NCBI RefSeq assembly: GCF_006345805.1
Contig: NC_043004.1
Coordinates: 47,306,001-47,370,000 of the forward strand
Direction: 5' to 3'
Origin: Octopus sinensis
Lineage: Eukaryota
DNA length: 64,000 nucleotides
Of the stretch, positions 1-14,069 are shown in pieces (the stretch's first letter is position 1; every line of letters starts with the position of its first letter). A program made the translations under genes and the position numbers. Below the pieces are notes generated by a model. It was not told the DNA's origin. It was given only the letters and a program-made list of their open reading frames with translations, and did no database searches.

Positions 1-1226
1 AATACATTTTCACTCATATATATATAACACCACAGGTAGGGATATATAAATTTACACAGATAATCATATAATAGATTAGATTAACTGAATTGCTACCGAA
101 CTAGAAATAGTCAGCTAGAATATATTAGAAAAATGCCAAAATTAAAACAAATATTTTATCAATAAACCACAAACGGCTATGTCGTGTACACATTCCAGTA
201 AACCAAGAAATTTCACAGTAGACATGAGAAATTGTAAATATCTTGGTACCAACTGTTATATATGGATAGATAATACAAGTGTTAATTCTCGATAAGTAAA
301 CATTTACAGCAGGAAATATTAAAGTGCAATACAGTATCGACAAATAATTCTACGTAGAATTCCACAAGAAATATACTAGGTACATTGCTAAGCCTTGTTA
401 GAAGCAATACACAATCAGAAATCGACAAATGTATGTGCACCTATATAAGCTGCATATGATGATGTTATATGAGGGATTCTTATGCAGATATGTGTAATTA
501 ATGTGGATTATTTGTGAGCCATTTCGAAATCAACAATGGGCATTTATCAGTTAAAACATCAATAGCATGATATTTTATTGCCCGTCACAATCCACATTTT
601 CTTTCTTTAATACCATATCAAGTATAATACTTTCACAATAACTATTAAAAGATGAGAATTTTCATGTTTCGTAATTATACATACCTAGCAAGTAGAACTT
701 ACACAACAGAAAAAAAACTGTTGTTATTCACTCATGGAATGAATGAAATTGAAATTAACAGTTTTGTATGTTTTTGCAAGAATAAAATGCTTCTTTCCCG
801 AAGTAATTGCATGGATTTTAATAGCTTCAACAAAATTCATATATGTAATTTATTGTATGCCCTACCATACCTAATAATTATTCATTATATTGTAGTTTGA
901 TTTTATATTTTAATACGTTCTTCTTCCATGCTCTTTTCATTTAATTTGCAGGCTTTTCTATTCTGTCTGTAACCATCTATTAACTTGTTATATAATAATG
1001 AAACCTATTTTGTTTTCACACTTCTTTCAGTACTCGTAACAAAACTCTCTTTTTGCTTATTTCTACGTCACTAAAAACAATTATTTATAATTAATGACAG
1101 ATGTTATATTTCTAATATATTTCACTTTTATGACTATCATTATCATACTTATCATTGAATTATTTCTCTGCTATACTTCTTTCACCATTAGGCATAGTAT
1201 CGACTTCCCCATTATCTCCAACTATT

Positions 1227-1470
<244 letters not shown>

Positions 1471-1735
1471 TTTGGTAGCAAAGCGACAGAATGTTTACCG
1501 CACCAGACAAAATGCATAGGTTCTTTACCTTCTTAGTTTGGGGTCAACATTGCCTTTCAATAATACCTTGGACAATAAGATAAGTACCAGTGACGTCATG
1601 GGGTTCATGTAATTGACACGCCCCACACCCGAAATTGCTGATCTTGTGCCAAAATAAGAAATCATTCTTCTCTACCTTCTTCTTCTTCTTCTTCTTCTTC
1701 TTTCTTCCTTATTATTATTATTATTATTATTATTA

Positions 1736-1780
<45 letters not shown>

Positions 1781-1782
<2 letters not shown>

Positions 1783-4700
1783 TATGTTTGACTTTTGCTT
1801 TATATTTGTACAAGTTGGCTCCAAGTCTCACCCAGAGACCTCAAGAGACAACAGGGTTGGAAGTTCATGTTTTGTTGTTATGCCTAGTGTGCCATATATT
1901 TGGGGGTGGGGATGTTGTACTAATGAATGTCTAAAAAAAAAAAAAGTTTTTTTTTTTTTTTAAACCGAAAATTATGGTTGTTTTTAAACCTTGAGGTTAC
2001 ATAGAGAGTTTTGCGTAGGATATGAGCAGTTCCCATGAGCACTATCCTTTGAACTTCTGCCATTTTTGGGTTTCCTGGTATCTGAGTTAGGTAGCTATCA
2101 GCCCCTTTTGCTATCATTCCCAGGGCACCTATGACAACAGGTATTGTTTTAGTCTTCAGCTTCCACATTTTGCTGATTTCTATTTCAAGATCTTTATATT
2201 TGCTCAGTTTTTGGTAGGTCCTGACAGATACGTTTATATCGATTGGGACAGTCATATCAATGAGGAGGCATGTTCTTTGTTTGAAGTCTTTCAATATGAT
2301 GTCTGGCCTATTTGCATCTATCTTCCTGTCAGTTTGAATGGAAGTTCCAGAGGAGTGAGATGTGGTCATTTTCAAGCACTGGGGTGGTTTGTGTTCCCAC
2401 CAGTTTTTTTCATGGGGCAAATCCAGGTTTTTACAGATTACCCAGTGAATATATGTGCAGCTCTATCGTGCCTGTTGAGATACTCTGTAGGCGCTAGAAG
2501 ACTGCACTTGGAGACCACATGGTCAATGGTTTCATTTTGTTGCTTGCATACACGACATGTTGGACTGCTTCTGATCTTTATATGTTGGCCTGGTAGTTTC
2601 TTGTTGGTAGGCATTGATCTTGAGCTGCTATGATAAACCCCTCTGTTTCAGATTTTAAGCCAGAGGCCATTAGCCATTGATGGGTCAGGGCTTTGTCGAT
2701 ATCTGCATTATTCGCTCTCTTTGGGTATTTGCCATAGAGAGGTTTTCTTTGCCATTTATTATTTAGAATATCTAAGGCCGCAGTTTTTGGCACGGGTTTT
2801 CATGCGCCTAGCTTTTTCTGTGCTTGTTTCTTGTATGTCTATCTCTAATTCCGAAATTGGTTGTATTCGGAATTCACTTAGATATTCCTTTGCCTGTTTT
2901 GTGACTGAGTATGATGCTTTCTTGTTTTCATTTTTGAGACAGTTTTAACATCCAGTCCTCAGAGTTTTTCAGGTAGGTGTCTAGGCCAATTGTAGCAATC
3001 TTCATTGTTATTGCCAGTTGCAAAAGACCACGGCCTCCCTCTTTTCTTGGCAGATAGAGTCGTTCTGTATCTGCCTTAGGGTGGTGCATTCTATGCATTG
3101 TCAACAGTTTCCTTATTTTTCTGTCGAGCTGACATATTTCAGTAATTGACCAGTTAACAATATTGAAACTGTAAGTCACGACTGGTATAGCTAATGCATT
3201 GATTGCTTCGATCCTGTTTCTTGCATTCAGCTCTGTCTTGAGTATTGCTCTCACTCTTCGATAGCATTCTCTCCTGATCCTTTCCTTCATCTCTGAATGC
3301 CTTATTCCGTTCCCTTCAATTACCCCTAGGTACTTGTAGCTCTCCGCTGGGTCTAGTTCTTTTATGACATTCTGTTGGTCAAGGTTAACGTTAGATGTTT
3401 CTGTCATTTTTCCTTTGATAAAGGTAGCCTTTGCACATTTATCGAGGCCGAATTGCATTCTGATGTCGTCACTGAATTGTTTGACTATCGCTAGTAAGCC
3501 CTTGAGTTGTTGATCATTTTTTGCAAACAGCTTTAAATCATCCATGTAAACGAGATGATTTATATTTTTATCAAACATTTTATACCCGTACTGCGCGTCA
3601 TTGAGCAGCTTTGAGAGAGGTATTAAGGATAAACAAAAGAGGAGTGGTGACAGTGAGTCACCCTGGAAAATGCCACACGAAATTTTTACATCACCAGCAT
3701 TTAGGGATTCACTGTCACTGTTCAGAGTTAGTGTGGTTCTCCATGATCTCATACTTACAGTCAAGAAGTTTCGCAGAGTTGGTGCTATCTTATACATTTC
3801 AAGGCATTTCCTAATCCAGCTATGTGGTAGGCTATCAAAAGCCTTTTTATAGTCTATCCAGGCTATTGATAAGTTTTTGTGTCGTTTGTGACAATCTTCT
3901 AAGATCATCTTATTGATGAGTAGTTGGTCTTTACAGCCGTAGGATCCACGTTTACATCCTTTCTGTTCATTAGGGAATATGCTGCTGTCTGTTAAAAAAC
4001 TATAGGTATATTCCGTCAGGACAGATGTTAGTGTTTTGTACATAGTTGTTAAGCAGGTTATGGGTCTATATTTTTTTGTTCATTTGTTTCTTCACTTTTT
4101 GGAAGCAGGAATGTTAACCCATTAACTAGCCAAGGAGGCATCCTACTAGGGTGTTGCAAAACATCATTGTACAGTTCTGTTAGCAGTTCATGGCTCTCTG
4201 GGAAGGCATTCAGCCAGAAGTTAGGAATTTTATCCTTTCCTGGAGACTTCCATTTGCTTGACCTCCTGAGAGCAGATCTTATATCTTCTACCTTGACACC
4301 CTCCCACTTTTGCTCTTCTAAGGGGTCCAGTTCTGTAGATATTCTGTCAATCCAGGGGGCTTTTCGTTGTGTGTTTTTTTCTCTGCCCAGATTTTATTCC
4401 AAAATCTCTGCACTTCTTCTTTTGATGGTACAGACCCTGCAGTTAAACGCTGTTTTTCCTATCTTCCTGTAAAAATTCTTGGTGTTATTTTTGAACATGT
4501 TGTTGTCCTTGAAAATCTAACACGCTTTTCATACCTCGCTATGCAGGCAGCTTTGGCAGATACCTTTTGTTTGATGGTTTCTATGGTGGCATCAATATCA
4601 AGTATAGTTTTCATATTGTATTTTTTCAGTAATTTTTGGGTTTTTGTAGGTTTGGTAGTCTTGTGAGCCTTAAGGTTTTTCAAATATTCAATGTCAGATC

Positions 4701-5927
4701 TAAATACTTTAATTTGTTGTTGCAGACGCTCTTGCCAAGAAGGCTTTTGTGGGACTGTTGCCGTTTTCTAATCTTTACACACACATAGGATCGTTGAGAT
4801 TTTCGCGGATGCATAGTATAGGTGGTTGAGGTTTGTGATATCAACATCATTAACTGAAATTATATCCTTAAGTGCAAGCCGGATTTTACCAATTATTTTC
4901 ATGTTTTGATTAGAGTTGCGGATTTTAGGAAGTGTATCACGCTCATCCATGCTGGTTTCTTTAATTTTCAGCCATTCAATCATGATTTGATTTTTTAGCT
5001 CATGTAGTTCTGTTGGGTCAATATTTGTGTGACTTTCTTTATCTATTTGATGCTCATCTGTCTTAGTGTTTATGATTGGTTCAGGGCGTATTTCACTTTG
5101 CCTATCACTTATACTAACTCTTTCAATCCTCTCTTCGTTTTTATCCGCCCTGGGCTGGTCTATAATCATTTCCTCTGTATTATCTTCTCTAGCTGCAGCT
5201 TCGTTCATTTTATCCGATATTGCTTGTCTAACCTGATCAATCTCTACTTCAGTCAGTAATTTCTTTTTTATAATGTTTCTTCTAACATTGGCAAGCTTGT
5301 TACTGTCTATGTAGGGTCTTACTTCAGGGTGTTTCTGTCTCCAGTTTAAGTATGCTTGTACAGTGCTAGACTTATCTGTAGGGAAATATATGGCATGGTA
5401 GAAGGCCTCAAGAACTTCTATATTATCTTCCCTAGACCATTTTTCCTTCTTTTTCTTTTGATTATTTGGTGATGAGCATGGATGGCCATCTGTTGGAATA
5501 TTCCGGTTGTGGGGTTCGTCCAGCTCCTGTGTGTTGGGAAGATTTGATCCAGTAACTGATTTTTCAATCAGGATTTGGTTCAATTTTCGGGTACGTGGTC
5601 TTTTGTAATCCGCGCAATGACCAACGCGGTTTATTGTTTGATTTGTTAACCTTGAAGCATGACGAGCATCCATTCTTATATTAGGAGATGGATCTGTCAG
5701 TTTAGGGTTCACTACATGTAAGCATTGCTCATAGCGCCGCTTCTTAAGACTAGCAGATCTATATTCGTCTGTATTTTTTTTGTTGATAGTTTTATCTCCG
5801 GACATTTTTTTTTTCTTTCCTCCTCTTCCTTTCTTCAAGGCTTACTGTGTCTGTATTAGTTCGAAATAATGAGAATAAAATACGGAGAAGGAAACGAAAA
5901 GAAAGGGAAAAAGACGGGATCTGTCAG
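1781..5927 (-). mobile_element. Near full-length R4/Dong-like non-LTR retrotransposon (RT + CCHC finger + restriction-like endonuclease), frameshifted, inserted in (TAA)n
   Basis: Collinear minus-strand ORF pieces: N-terminal region 4768-5838; RT 2928-4043; CRVCKQQNETIDHVVSKC (CX2CX8HX4C) at ~2505-2560; RLE RPDIIL..LIDMTVP..KLSKY..IPVVIGALG..LMGTAHILRK at 1920-2420. The 3' end abuts (TTA)n at 1780 and the 5' end abuts a TTA-like tract at ~5928. Confidence 0.92.
2928..4043 (-). CDS. Reverse transcriptase domain of the R4/Dong-like element (open 371-aa segment of a frameshifted ORF)
   Basis: Non-LTR RT motifs EQKG, WIDYKKAFDS, GIFQGDSLSPLLF, YMDDLKL, YKYLG, RLYLPRKEGGRGL. Confidence 0.93.
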   Translation of the reverse strand: MYKTLTSVLTEYTYSFLTDSSIFPNEQKGCKRGSYGCKDQLLINKMILEDCHKRHKNLSIAWIDYKKAFDSLPHSWIRKCLEMYKIAPTLRNFLTVSMRSWRTTLTLNSDSESLNAGDVKISCGIFQGDSLSPLLFCLSLIPLSKLLNDAQYGYKMFDKNINHLVYMDDLKLFAKNDQQLKGLLAIVKQFSDDIRMQFGLDKCAKATFIKGKMTETSNVNLDQQNVIKELDPAESYKYLGVIEGNGIRHSEMKERIRRECYRRVRAILKTELNARNRIEAINALAIPVVTYSFNIVNWSITEICQLDRKIRKLLTMHRMHHPKADTERLYLPRKEGGRGLLQLAITMKIATIGLDTYLKNSEDWMLKLSQK

Positions 5928-6584
5928 TTATTATTGTTATTACTATCATCTTCACCACCATCACCATCATCAGCAACATCACCATCACCATCATCATCTT
6001 CAATGTGTAGCCACAGCCACCATCAACACTCCATTGTGTTGGAGAATGGGTGGTTAAAGAATTCATGTTCGTTGGGTCTATAAATAGCCACGGTAGATGG
6101 TGGAGACAAAGGACGTTAATGGTCAGTAAAAGGTCAAACCTGTTTACGTTTATTTATTTATTTTTTTTTTTTTCGTTCTCTTTTCTTCTTCACCACATGC
6201 ATATGTATATGTATATATATGTATATTCAATCACACATATTATCTGATGTTTTCGTCGAAGATTTTTTTTCTTCTTTTTTTTAAATAACTTTCTGAGTTC
6301 AATGTTATGTATATATTTTTAAATTTCTGAATTCAGTTGTATGTATATAGTAGTAGGTGCTTAATTCCATAACTTTTTATCGTGCATTTAATTGTGTTGT
6401 TACAATAAAAGGTAATTTAAAAGGCAATTTTACACATTCTTATAGTCATGAGAGACGACTAAATGTAAATGTTCACGCAGAATTGGAGATATGTATGTTT
6501 CTAATTTTTCTTGTTAGGTGTACGTTTGTATGAGCTGTAGATATGTAAGTTTTTTTTTTTTACTTATTTTGAGGGTAATTCAAA

Positions 6585-6623
6585 TTACTTTATTATTATT
6601 ATTATTATTATTGTTATTATTAA

Positions 6624-6657
<34 letters not shown>

Positions 6658-6711
6658 ATTATTATTGTTATTATTATTATTTTTATTATTATTATTATTA
6701 TTATTATAATT

Positions 6712-6752
<41 letters not shown>

Positions 6753-6767
6753 TATTATTAATATTAT

Positions 6768-6814
<47 letters not shown>

Positions 6815-6955
6815 TTATTATTATCATCATCATCATCATCATTATTATTATTATTATTTTTATTATTATTATTATTATTATATCATCATCATCATCAGCA
6901 TTATTATTATTATTATTATTTAATTATTATTATTATATCATCATCATCATCATCA

Positions 6956-6987
<32 letters not shown>

Positions 6988-7012
6988 GTTATTACTATTA
7001 TTATTATTTTCA
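6585..7012 (+). repeat. Long imperfect (TTA)n/(TCA)n microsatellite
   Basis: Directly visible. Confidence 0.97.
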
Positions 7013-7759
7013 TAATTGCTGTTTAATTTTAATCTTCACGTATAGTGCAAATACTTGCCGGGACACTCTCTGCACTCTGATGGCAATCAGTAGCTACTGA
7101 TCACTGGGGTCTATGTATTCCACTTGGCATTCCCCCTGAAAGTTTGGCCTTATGCCTAAATCATCATCTTCATCATCATCATCTTCATCTGTATTTCATC
7201 ATTTCGGGATCGATGTATTAAGTACCAGTGAAACACTGGGGTTGATATAATCGAATCGTACCCTTCCCCCGAATTTTAGGCTTTGTGTCTATAATAGAAA
7301 GGATTGTTATTATTATTATTATGTTGTTCTTCTTGTAGTCGTTATTCGCTTATAGCAACGGTAGCAACCTTTGTAACACATTAATTACCACTTCGCACTT
7401 AACTGTGATATCTTGCCTTAAACGCCGTGGGCTGCGTTAGTCTGCATTAGAAAAAAATCTTGTTTACACGTTTGCTGCTTTAAAAAGCACAGAATAAAGG
7501 GTAGACGAATATTTCATTACAAACTTTGTCATGGTATTTCCACGTAAGTTGCACATTCTCGCACCTTACTACTGAATACCTGATCAAAATTCCATCAACC
7601 ACCACCGCTCATGTAATTTTGGCCTGCTGATATAATTTATGCCTTTCTATCACTTACGGCTATACGAGATGATTTTCCGTAGGATTGCCGCAGATTCCAA
7701 CACTCAAAACAGCTCATCCAAATTAAATTGAATGTTTTAATTAGCATTATTAATTCATT

Positions 7760-7971
7760 TTAACACCTCGAGTATTGCATGCGCAGCAACCTAGCTGCCT
7801 GCACCCTAGGGATCAGGTATTGATCAGGTATCTCCTGATTATTCTGGCCGTTCCATGGAGGCAAACTTTTGGTAATAATTCTACTGGGTATTCTATGACA
7901 ATTTCTTTTACATTGCTCTTGATTCCTTCTGATACCGGCCCCAAGAACCCAACAATACTTGGCTCTATTTT
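7760..7971 (-). mobile_element. 3' fragment of a second RLE (R4/Dong-like) non-LTR family
   Basis: Manual minus-strand translation of 7971-7813 gives KIEPSIVGFLGPVSEGIKSNVKEIVIEYPVELLPKVCLHGTARIIRRYLINT*. This matches the RLE C-terminal pattern (PV.VGALG...LQK..LLGTA.I.R) also seen at 1920-2420. Confidence 0.75.
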
Positions 7972-8449
7972 CTTCTTCCTCTTTATTTTCTATCACCAGA
8001 CTTAAGAGGGTTATATATATATATATATATACATTATCGTATTCCTTGTTGCGTATTCGTGGGTAGAAATGACACGCAACATCACCTACAAGGCACATGT
8101 GTGGCATGATTTTGACCACCGCTAGGCCCGGTCTGTTATGCACTAGTACTTTGTTGGGATTGGGAAATCGCAGAGGATTTTGTAAGTCTCCGATTCTGCC
8201 AATTTCCGAGTTTTTTTTTCAGACCAAGGCTTTCCTCCCTCTAGCTATCACTTATCGCACAGTTACAATGTGGGAGTTTCACTTCATTATAGTGTCGCCA
8301 CAACTTGTAGTGGTTTGGGGCAATCTAGGGCATTCGTTCGTCATGTCCGCAATGGTTTCATCCATTCTATTACAAATGCGGCACTGCACCCTCCAATTCG
8401 TGGCCGAAGCTTGGCCTTGTGCGTATTATTATTATCATTATAATTATTA

Positions 8450-8845
8450 TAGAAGTCGCACAGTTTGCAATATCGTGGGGTTGTTGACTGAGGATATTGT
8501 ATCTACTCTTTTTCAAGTCACTGCAATGACCTCAGACAGGCAGTACTTTACGCAATATGCGTGCAGTTCCAAGTAATGCCGACTTCTGCAATATATCTAG
8601 ATTTCTAAGGTTTTCAGATGAGTGGCATTGAGCACAATGCTCTGATAACCATTTTCAACTCTCGTAGCTGTCACATCTAATCGATTTCAATTCTCAGGCT
8701 CCATATTTATCAACTTTTTTTTTTAATGATAATATGTTTATCTCCTAGTACTGCTACGTCGATTAGTGGGCACTTTTGTTTGTGCCTCCTAAAGGTTACT
8801 ATATCCGGCCTTCGGTGCTCTAGCACACTGTAGGTCTAGAAATCA
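8450..8845 (-). mobile_element. 3' fragment of a third RLE (R4/Dong-like) non-LTR family, ending in a TAA-like tract
   Basis: Minus-strand translation gives HRRPDIVTF..KCPLIDVAVLGD..VDKY..LRIEI and LDILQKSALLGTARILRKVLPV* (stop at 8532-8534). The 3' UTR runs into tattattattatcattataattattat at ~8425-8450. Confidence 0.82.
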
Positions 8846-8987
8846 ACAGAAGCCAGCTCACTGAATATCTTAACAGTGTAACTATCCGTGACCTAACGGC
8901 ATCAGGCTAACGCAGATCTTTACCTCACTGCGAAAGCGGAGAGCCGTGTAGGCAGATATTTTGACACATGGTAGAATGCCGTTTTGC

Positions 8988-9067
<80 letters not shown>

Positions 9068-9112
9068 TAGTAGTAGTAGTAGTAGTAGTAGTTGTTGTTG
9101 TTGTTGTTGTTG
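8988..9112 (+). repeat. (AGT)n + (GTT)n microsatellite
   Basis: Directly visible. Confidence 0.97.
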
Positions 9113-11267
9113 TAATGGCCATTGTTTCTGGAAGCAGAGGATTGCAAAGAAAATATAGGTAAAGAAACTGCTGCAGGTGTATCAGCATCAAAAATAGCAG
9201 GACACAGATATAACAACAGCCGCTGCTTTTTCTACTGCTTACAGAATACTCCTAATCAAGTCCATTTTATCTTTGTGTCCGCAGTACAGGGGGAAATACC
9301 CGAAATACAAAGGGCTCATATGCTGACAAAAGAAGAATCAACCCATACTTTCGGAGCATCCATATAAAGATAGGGATACAGAGGAGCTAAAAATATCTGA
9401 CGTAGAAAAAACTATAAGTAGTGGCTCGACACAAAGAGGGGCCAATACCACGGAGTAAGTAGATTCCATATTTGTTCGAAACTCTGGGAAAAGGCAAATG
9501 GAATGGCCGAACAACACTTGAACTTCGTAATGGCGTGAAACATATAATGCGCTACACACCTTTGTATACGTTTCTATCTTGATATAGCCATTTCCTGTTT
9601 TCTCTTGTCTTCAATGCTGCAAGACTAGATAGCACAGCCTTGCGATTACCATCATTCAATAGATGGCGCAGCACTTTAGTTAGCTCATCAGGAAATCCTT
9701 ATTTAGAAGACATATAAAACATCCCTGCATATTTCGTGATGTATAATTATGCAAAAACTTATTTTTCTTTTTCCAGTCCTGAACAAATATTTCTATCTGA
9801 GATTTCACTACTGAACTTTACATTTTTAAAAACTGTGTATGAGAAACCGTGTTGCTGTTGTTAGCCTCGTAGCGGATGCTACCATTATTGTTGTTATTGT
9901 TAAAATAGTTGTCGAAACAGCTCTTACTCCTATTTAAAAAATAACAAAATATTTATTTCGTTGAAAATATAATTTGTTTGTTTGTTTTGCAATATCATCA
10001 ATTTTCTTTCCCCATTTTTTTTTTGTTTAAATTTCTCATTTGCATGTATTCTGTGTAGTTATCAAAGCCTTTTTTGTGTTTATGCGTGTGGGAGTATGTG
10101 GAGCGTCTGCGTACGCGTGTGTGATTTTGTGCGTGTGTGCATATGTGTTTGTGTGTGTGTGTTTAGGTATGTGTGTATGTGTGTGCTTTGAGTAGGATTT
10201 CTTGCTGACATTTTCTGGTAAATGTCAAATTAGAAATACATTACAATAAATAGTTTGATGAATATACATGCACATACATATTAAGAGACATAGTATGTAC
10301 ATAACCACATAGTGTAGGTAAGGACTCACGCATAATTTTCATACATATCTACTTACCGCATTTCAAACAAGTATCGATTACTACATGTCCGAAATGTTCT
10401 CTTGAGCAACTTCAGTATAGAATCTAGAAAGAAAGAATGATGGTCCTCTCTCTTTTCAAGGAGCATACTACCTTACGCCTAAAATTATTTCGTAGATCAA
10501 ACTCTCTTATAAATTGTCTTGAACCAATCATGCATATCTGCACTATTTTCTTTGAGATTTGAGCTGCGTATGAATTCTTATCAGTTTCAGCTTAAGAATT
10601 TTGTTTTGCTTTTTGTCTATGAAAAACTTTCCTTTTTCTCATTACTGTTATCCGTTTACCGACCTCTTCCTTTTTCATATTTGCCCCTTAACTGTAAGGG
10701 GATGACCTGGTACTACTGAGAAGTAGGTCTTCGGTTTTTAGTTTTAAATCTATTTCTAGTATCACAAATATCTGTTTCGTATTTTAATGTGAGGGCTGGT
10801 AGCTTGTTGTTTAGCATTATGCTTCAGTCCTATCTCTGTAATGTTTCAAGCAATATTGTCAAAGTGAATTTCCCGTGTGTGTCTATTTGCATGGCGACTC
10901 TAGCATAGTTTTTACAAGAATTACCGCTTTTGGTAATGTGTGTGAAGGTTCTGTTCCTAAATTTGTTTTGATTGAGTACATATTTGTTTACGTATTTGCT
11001 ACCAAAACTGTAATTCTTTTCTCTTCCTATTACTCCAATACAAACTATCGTGTTGGAATGTGATTAAAAAAAATTAAAACAAAAGATTTCAAAAATACTC
11101 TAATTCGCACACTGGGCAAAAAGAAAATTGAAAACTAATTTCTCACCTTTTTTAATGATAACTCTTCGCAACAGAACACAGACATAATCATCCAATATTT
11201 CAAAAATCAATGAAATGTTATCCAAAACAGGGTCAGACATAAACATGGACAGGCAAAAAAATTATAT

Positions 11268-11708
11268 TGATGACGACGACGATGATGATGATGATAGCAA
11301 TACCAATAATAGTTATAACATCAACAACAAGAACTGAGATGATGTTGATGTTGATGACGACGACGACGACGACGACGATGATGATGATCATAATAATAAT
11401 AATAATAATAATAATGATAATAATACGAAGAAGAAGAATATTGATAATAATAATAACAAGAAGAAGAAGAAAAATAAAAAGAAGAAGAAAAAGAAGGAGA
11501 CGACGACGAAGAAGAAGAAGAAGAAAAAGAAGACGACGAAGAAGAAAAAGAAGAAAAAGAAGACAACGAAGAAGAAAAAGAAGAAGAACAAGAACAAGAA
11601 GAAGAACAAGAACAAAAGAAGAAGAACAAGAACAAGAAGAAGAAGAACAACAAGAACAAGAACAAGAACAAGAAGAACAAGAACAAGAATAATAATAAGA
11701 AGAAGAAT
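11268..11708 (+). repeat. Compound trinucleotide/hexanucleotide microsatellite (GAT/GAC/AAT/AAG/AAGAAC)
   Basis: Directly visible. Confidence 0.95.
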
Positions 11709-12257
11709 GCTTTTTGCTTCATTCTTTCATTTATACTTACAATCCAGTAATGTCGGATTATGTTAACCCCAGGATTTTCGTGTTAATATGTTTAATCGAT
11801 ATCTGACCGACGGAACGCAGAGTTGAATTCGGTAGGTATAGAATTCAGAATCTATGGGATCGGAACTAAATCTGGAAACAATTTGCCTGGCAATCTCATA
11901 GTTCTGCCAGTTAATCCGTTTCATTATAGAAATATTCAACATTATAACATCTGTGCTACTGATGTTTGTAATCTAATTTCTGGAATGCAACTTGATCTGC
12001 AGAAGTATTTTGGTAGAATATTGTGTGCACTTTGCAACAACAGTTCATAATTCCAGACAATATAACTTGACTTAGCTTGAAGCAGGACAGCAAAAAGCTT
12101 GAAGAGATGAAAAGAAGCAAAATGTGCGTAACAAAACAGGGTGATGCCTGCGTTTAGTCCAGAAATTACTGAAGAATTTACCATATTCTAAGTGTATGGA
12201 CGCGGATCATTACATATGGTATACCGAAGTTTTTGCTTAGATGTAATGACAGCACAT

Positions 12258-12445
12258 TGTGGACGCACGTGGCTTTGTGATTAGGGTGTTGAACTCATGA
12301 TCGGAAGATTGTGGTTTCGATTCTTGAGCAAAACACTTCATTCCACGTTGCTCCAATCCACTCAGCTTGCTAAAATGATTAATCCTGCGACGCCTTGGAA
12401 ACCGAGAAACCATCCCTTATAGGTCGGTGTGACGCGAGAAGGAAA
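12258..12445 (+). mobile_element. Degenerate tRNA-derived SINE (family D in this window)
   Basis: Aligns by eye to 43875-44125 (gtgga.gc..gtggctt..tg.ttagggtgt...gagcaaaacacttcatt.cacgttgct.ca.tccactcagc). Confidence 0.7.
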
Positions 12446-14069
12446 ATGTTCATAGTAATAGCACATTGGTTACCTAACAAACCACTTTTAATCTGGTCAG
12501 TTGAGTACTGAATGAAATATGATACTCAGAAGCTTCATGTGCATATGTCCGCACGTTTTCCGTCTCTCACTTTTCGAACGGTATATCGTTCAGCTTTTGC
12601 AGCATTAGCTGAAGAGAACATTCTTAATGCGACGAGTATTTCATTCATTTGTGATTGATAGCACGTTATTTCTTTCTTTTAAACACATGGATTTTGATGT
12701 GGAAACAATCCAATCGCTGGGAAAGGGTATCTGTAGTATGGCAAAGTTTTACCATATCAAAATGGTCGATTACGTCTCACAAGCTAGTTCTCATGCAGAG
12801 GAGCACTAACAATGCTCACAGGAATGGAAACACTCGTTCTGTTACACGTTGCTGTATATGTCAGCCAAGACGTCAGTTAGCAGTTATAAACATAAACAAG
12901 TCTGAAATTTAAAACCCATACAACAAAACCTCGAAACCGAGAGGTAAGTACTTCTTAAAATCATTTAACTTTCTTCTCAGTTTTTTTTTTTTTTGCTGCA
13001 TTGTGAGTTTTAAGATTAGAGTTACGCAATATCATCAAGATAGACATAAAATTCCACTCACTATTACTAACCTTTTTCCTGAACATTTGATTAAATTTCC
13101 ACTAAACAGATGTACATTTCTGTTATGATTCGAATAGATGAAATTCGTTCCTTTACCAAGTGCAAATTATATCATTGTTTAATCATAGTCGTGCTCTCAC
13201 TACCTGTGAGCATCGGTTGTCTTTAGTAGCTTCGTGTCTTTGAACATACAACGCAAGCTTGTCCTTTTGTGTAAAAGAAATAATCGTGAGTTATTCTTGC
13301 TGATAGATCGTTTGTCACCATATCTTTCTCTAGCTTGCTGTTTAATGGATCATTGCTTCATTTCTTCTTTGCTGAAACGAATCAATTTTATTCTAATGAC
13401 CATCTTCAAGACAACTCAACATCGGTTGTTCATCAGTGATCCCATCAAGATCGATCATGTTTTGTAACCGACCATTTTAAACTCTTGAAATACCGTACTA
13501 CATCACCCATTTGAGCTAATAACTAACTTAACTAGCTCTAATTTGTATCATATCAGGCATTTTACTACTTAGGGGAAATCGAATTGATAACTATTAGGTA
13601 GTTGGAATGGACTGAACAGCTTTCCAAAGCTTTTACACGCTCACCATCTTATCGGCTAACCTCATACCATTCCACTGAGCATGCAAAATACCGTTCTAAT
13701 CTCTCACTAAATAATAAAATTTACAGTGAATCGTTTTCTGGAGATTTGAAGAACCCAGACCACCCTGCAACTCATGGTGCAGAATCAGATGTTGTGGGTA
13801 TAGTATATGTTGTAATTTATTAGAAGCAACTATTTTCGCGTGGGTGTAAGAAGGCCGTCCATAAGTGAAAGTCATGACTTCAAAAGAGAATTCTACCCCA
13901 CCATCTGACCCTGGCCAACAAACTCTGGTGGATATCTCGTGATTGTAAAGACCTGATGTAAGTGGCCTGGAAATTGTAATTTAACTGACCGCTACCACAT
14001 TTACATCTTATTAGGCATCAAAGTAACTCTCCATGATTCTAATGTGAACCCAAGTCAGTTGCTTAAATA

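Noticed and set aside
9122-9600. Moderate-complexity segment as a host exon
   Set aside because: No recognisable domain or consistent splice and frame evidence; small host exons elsewhere in the window cannot be excluded by eye.
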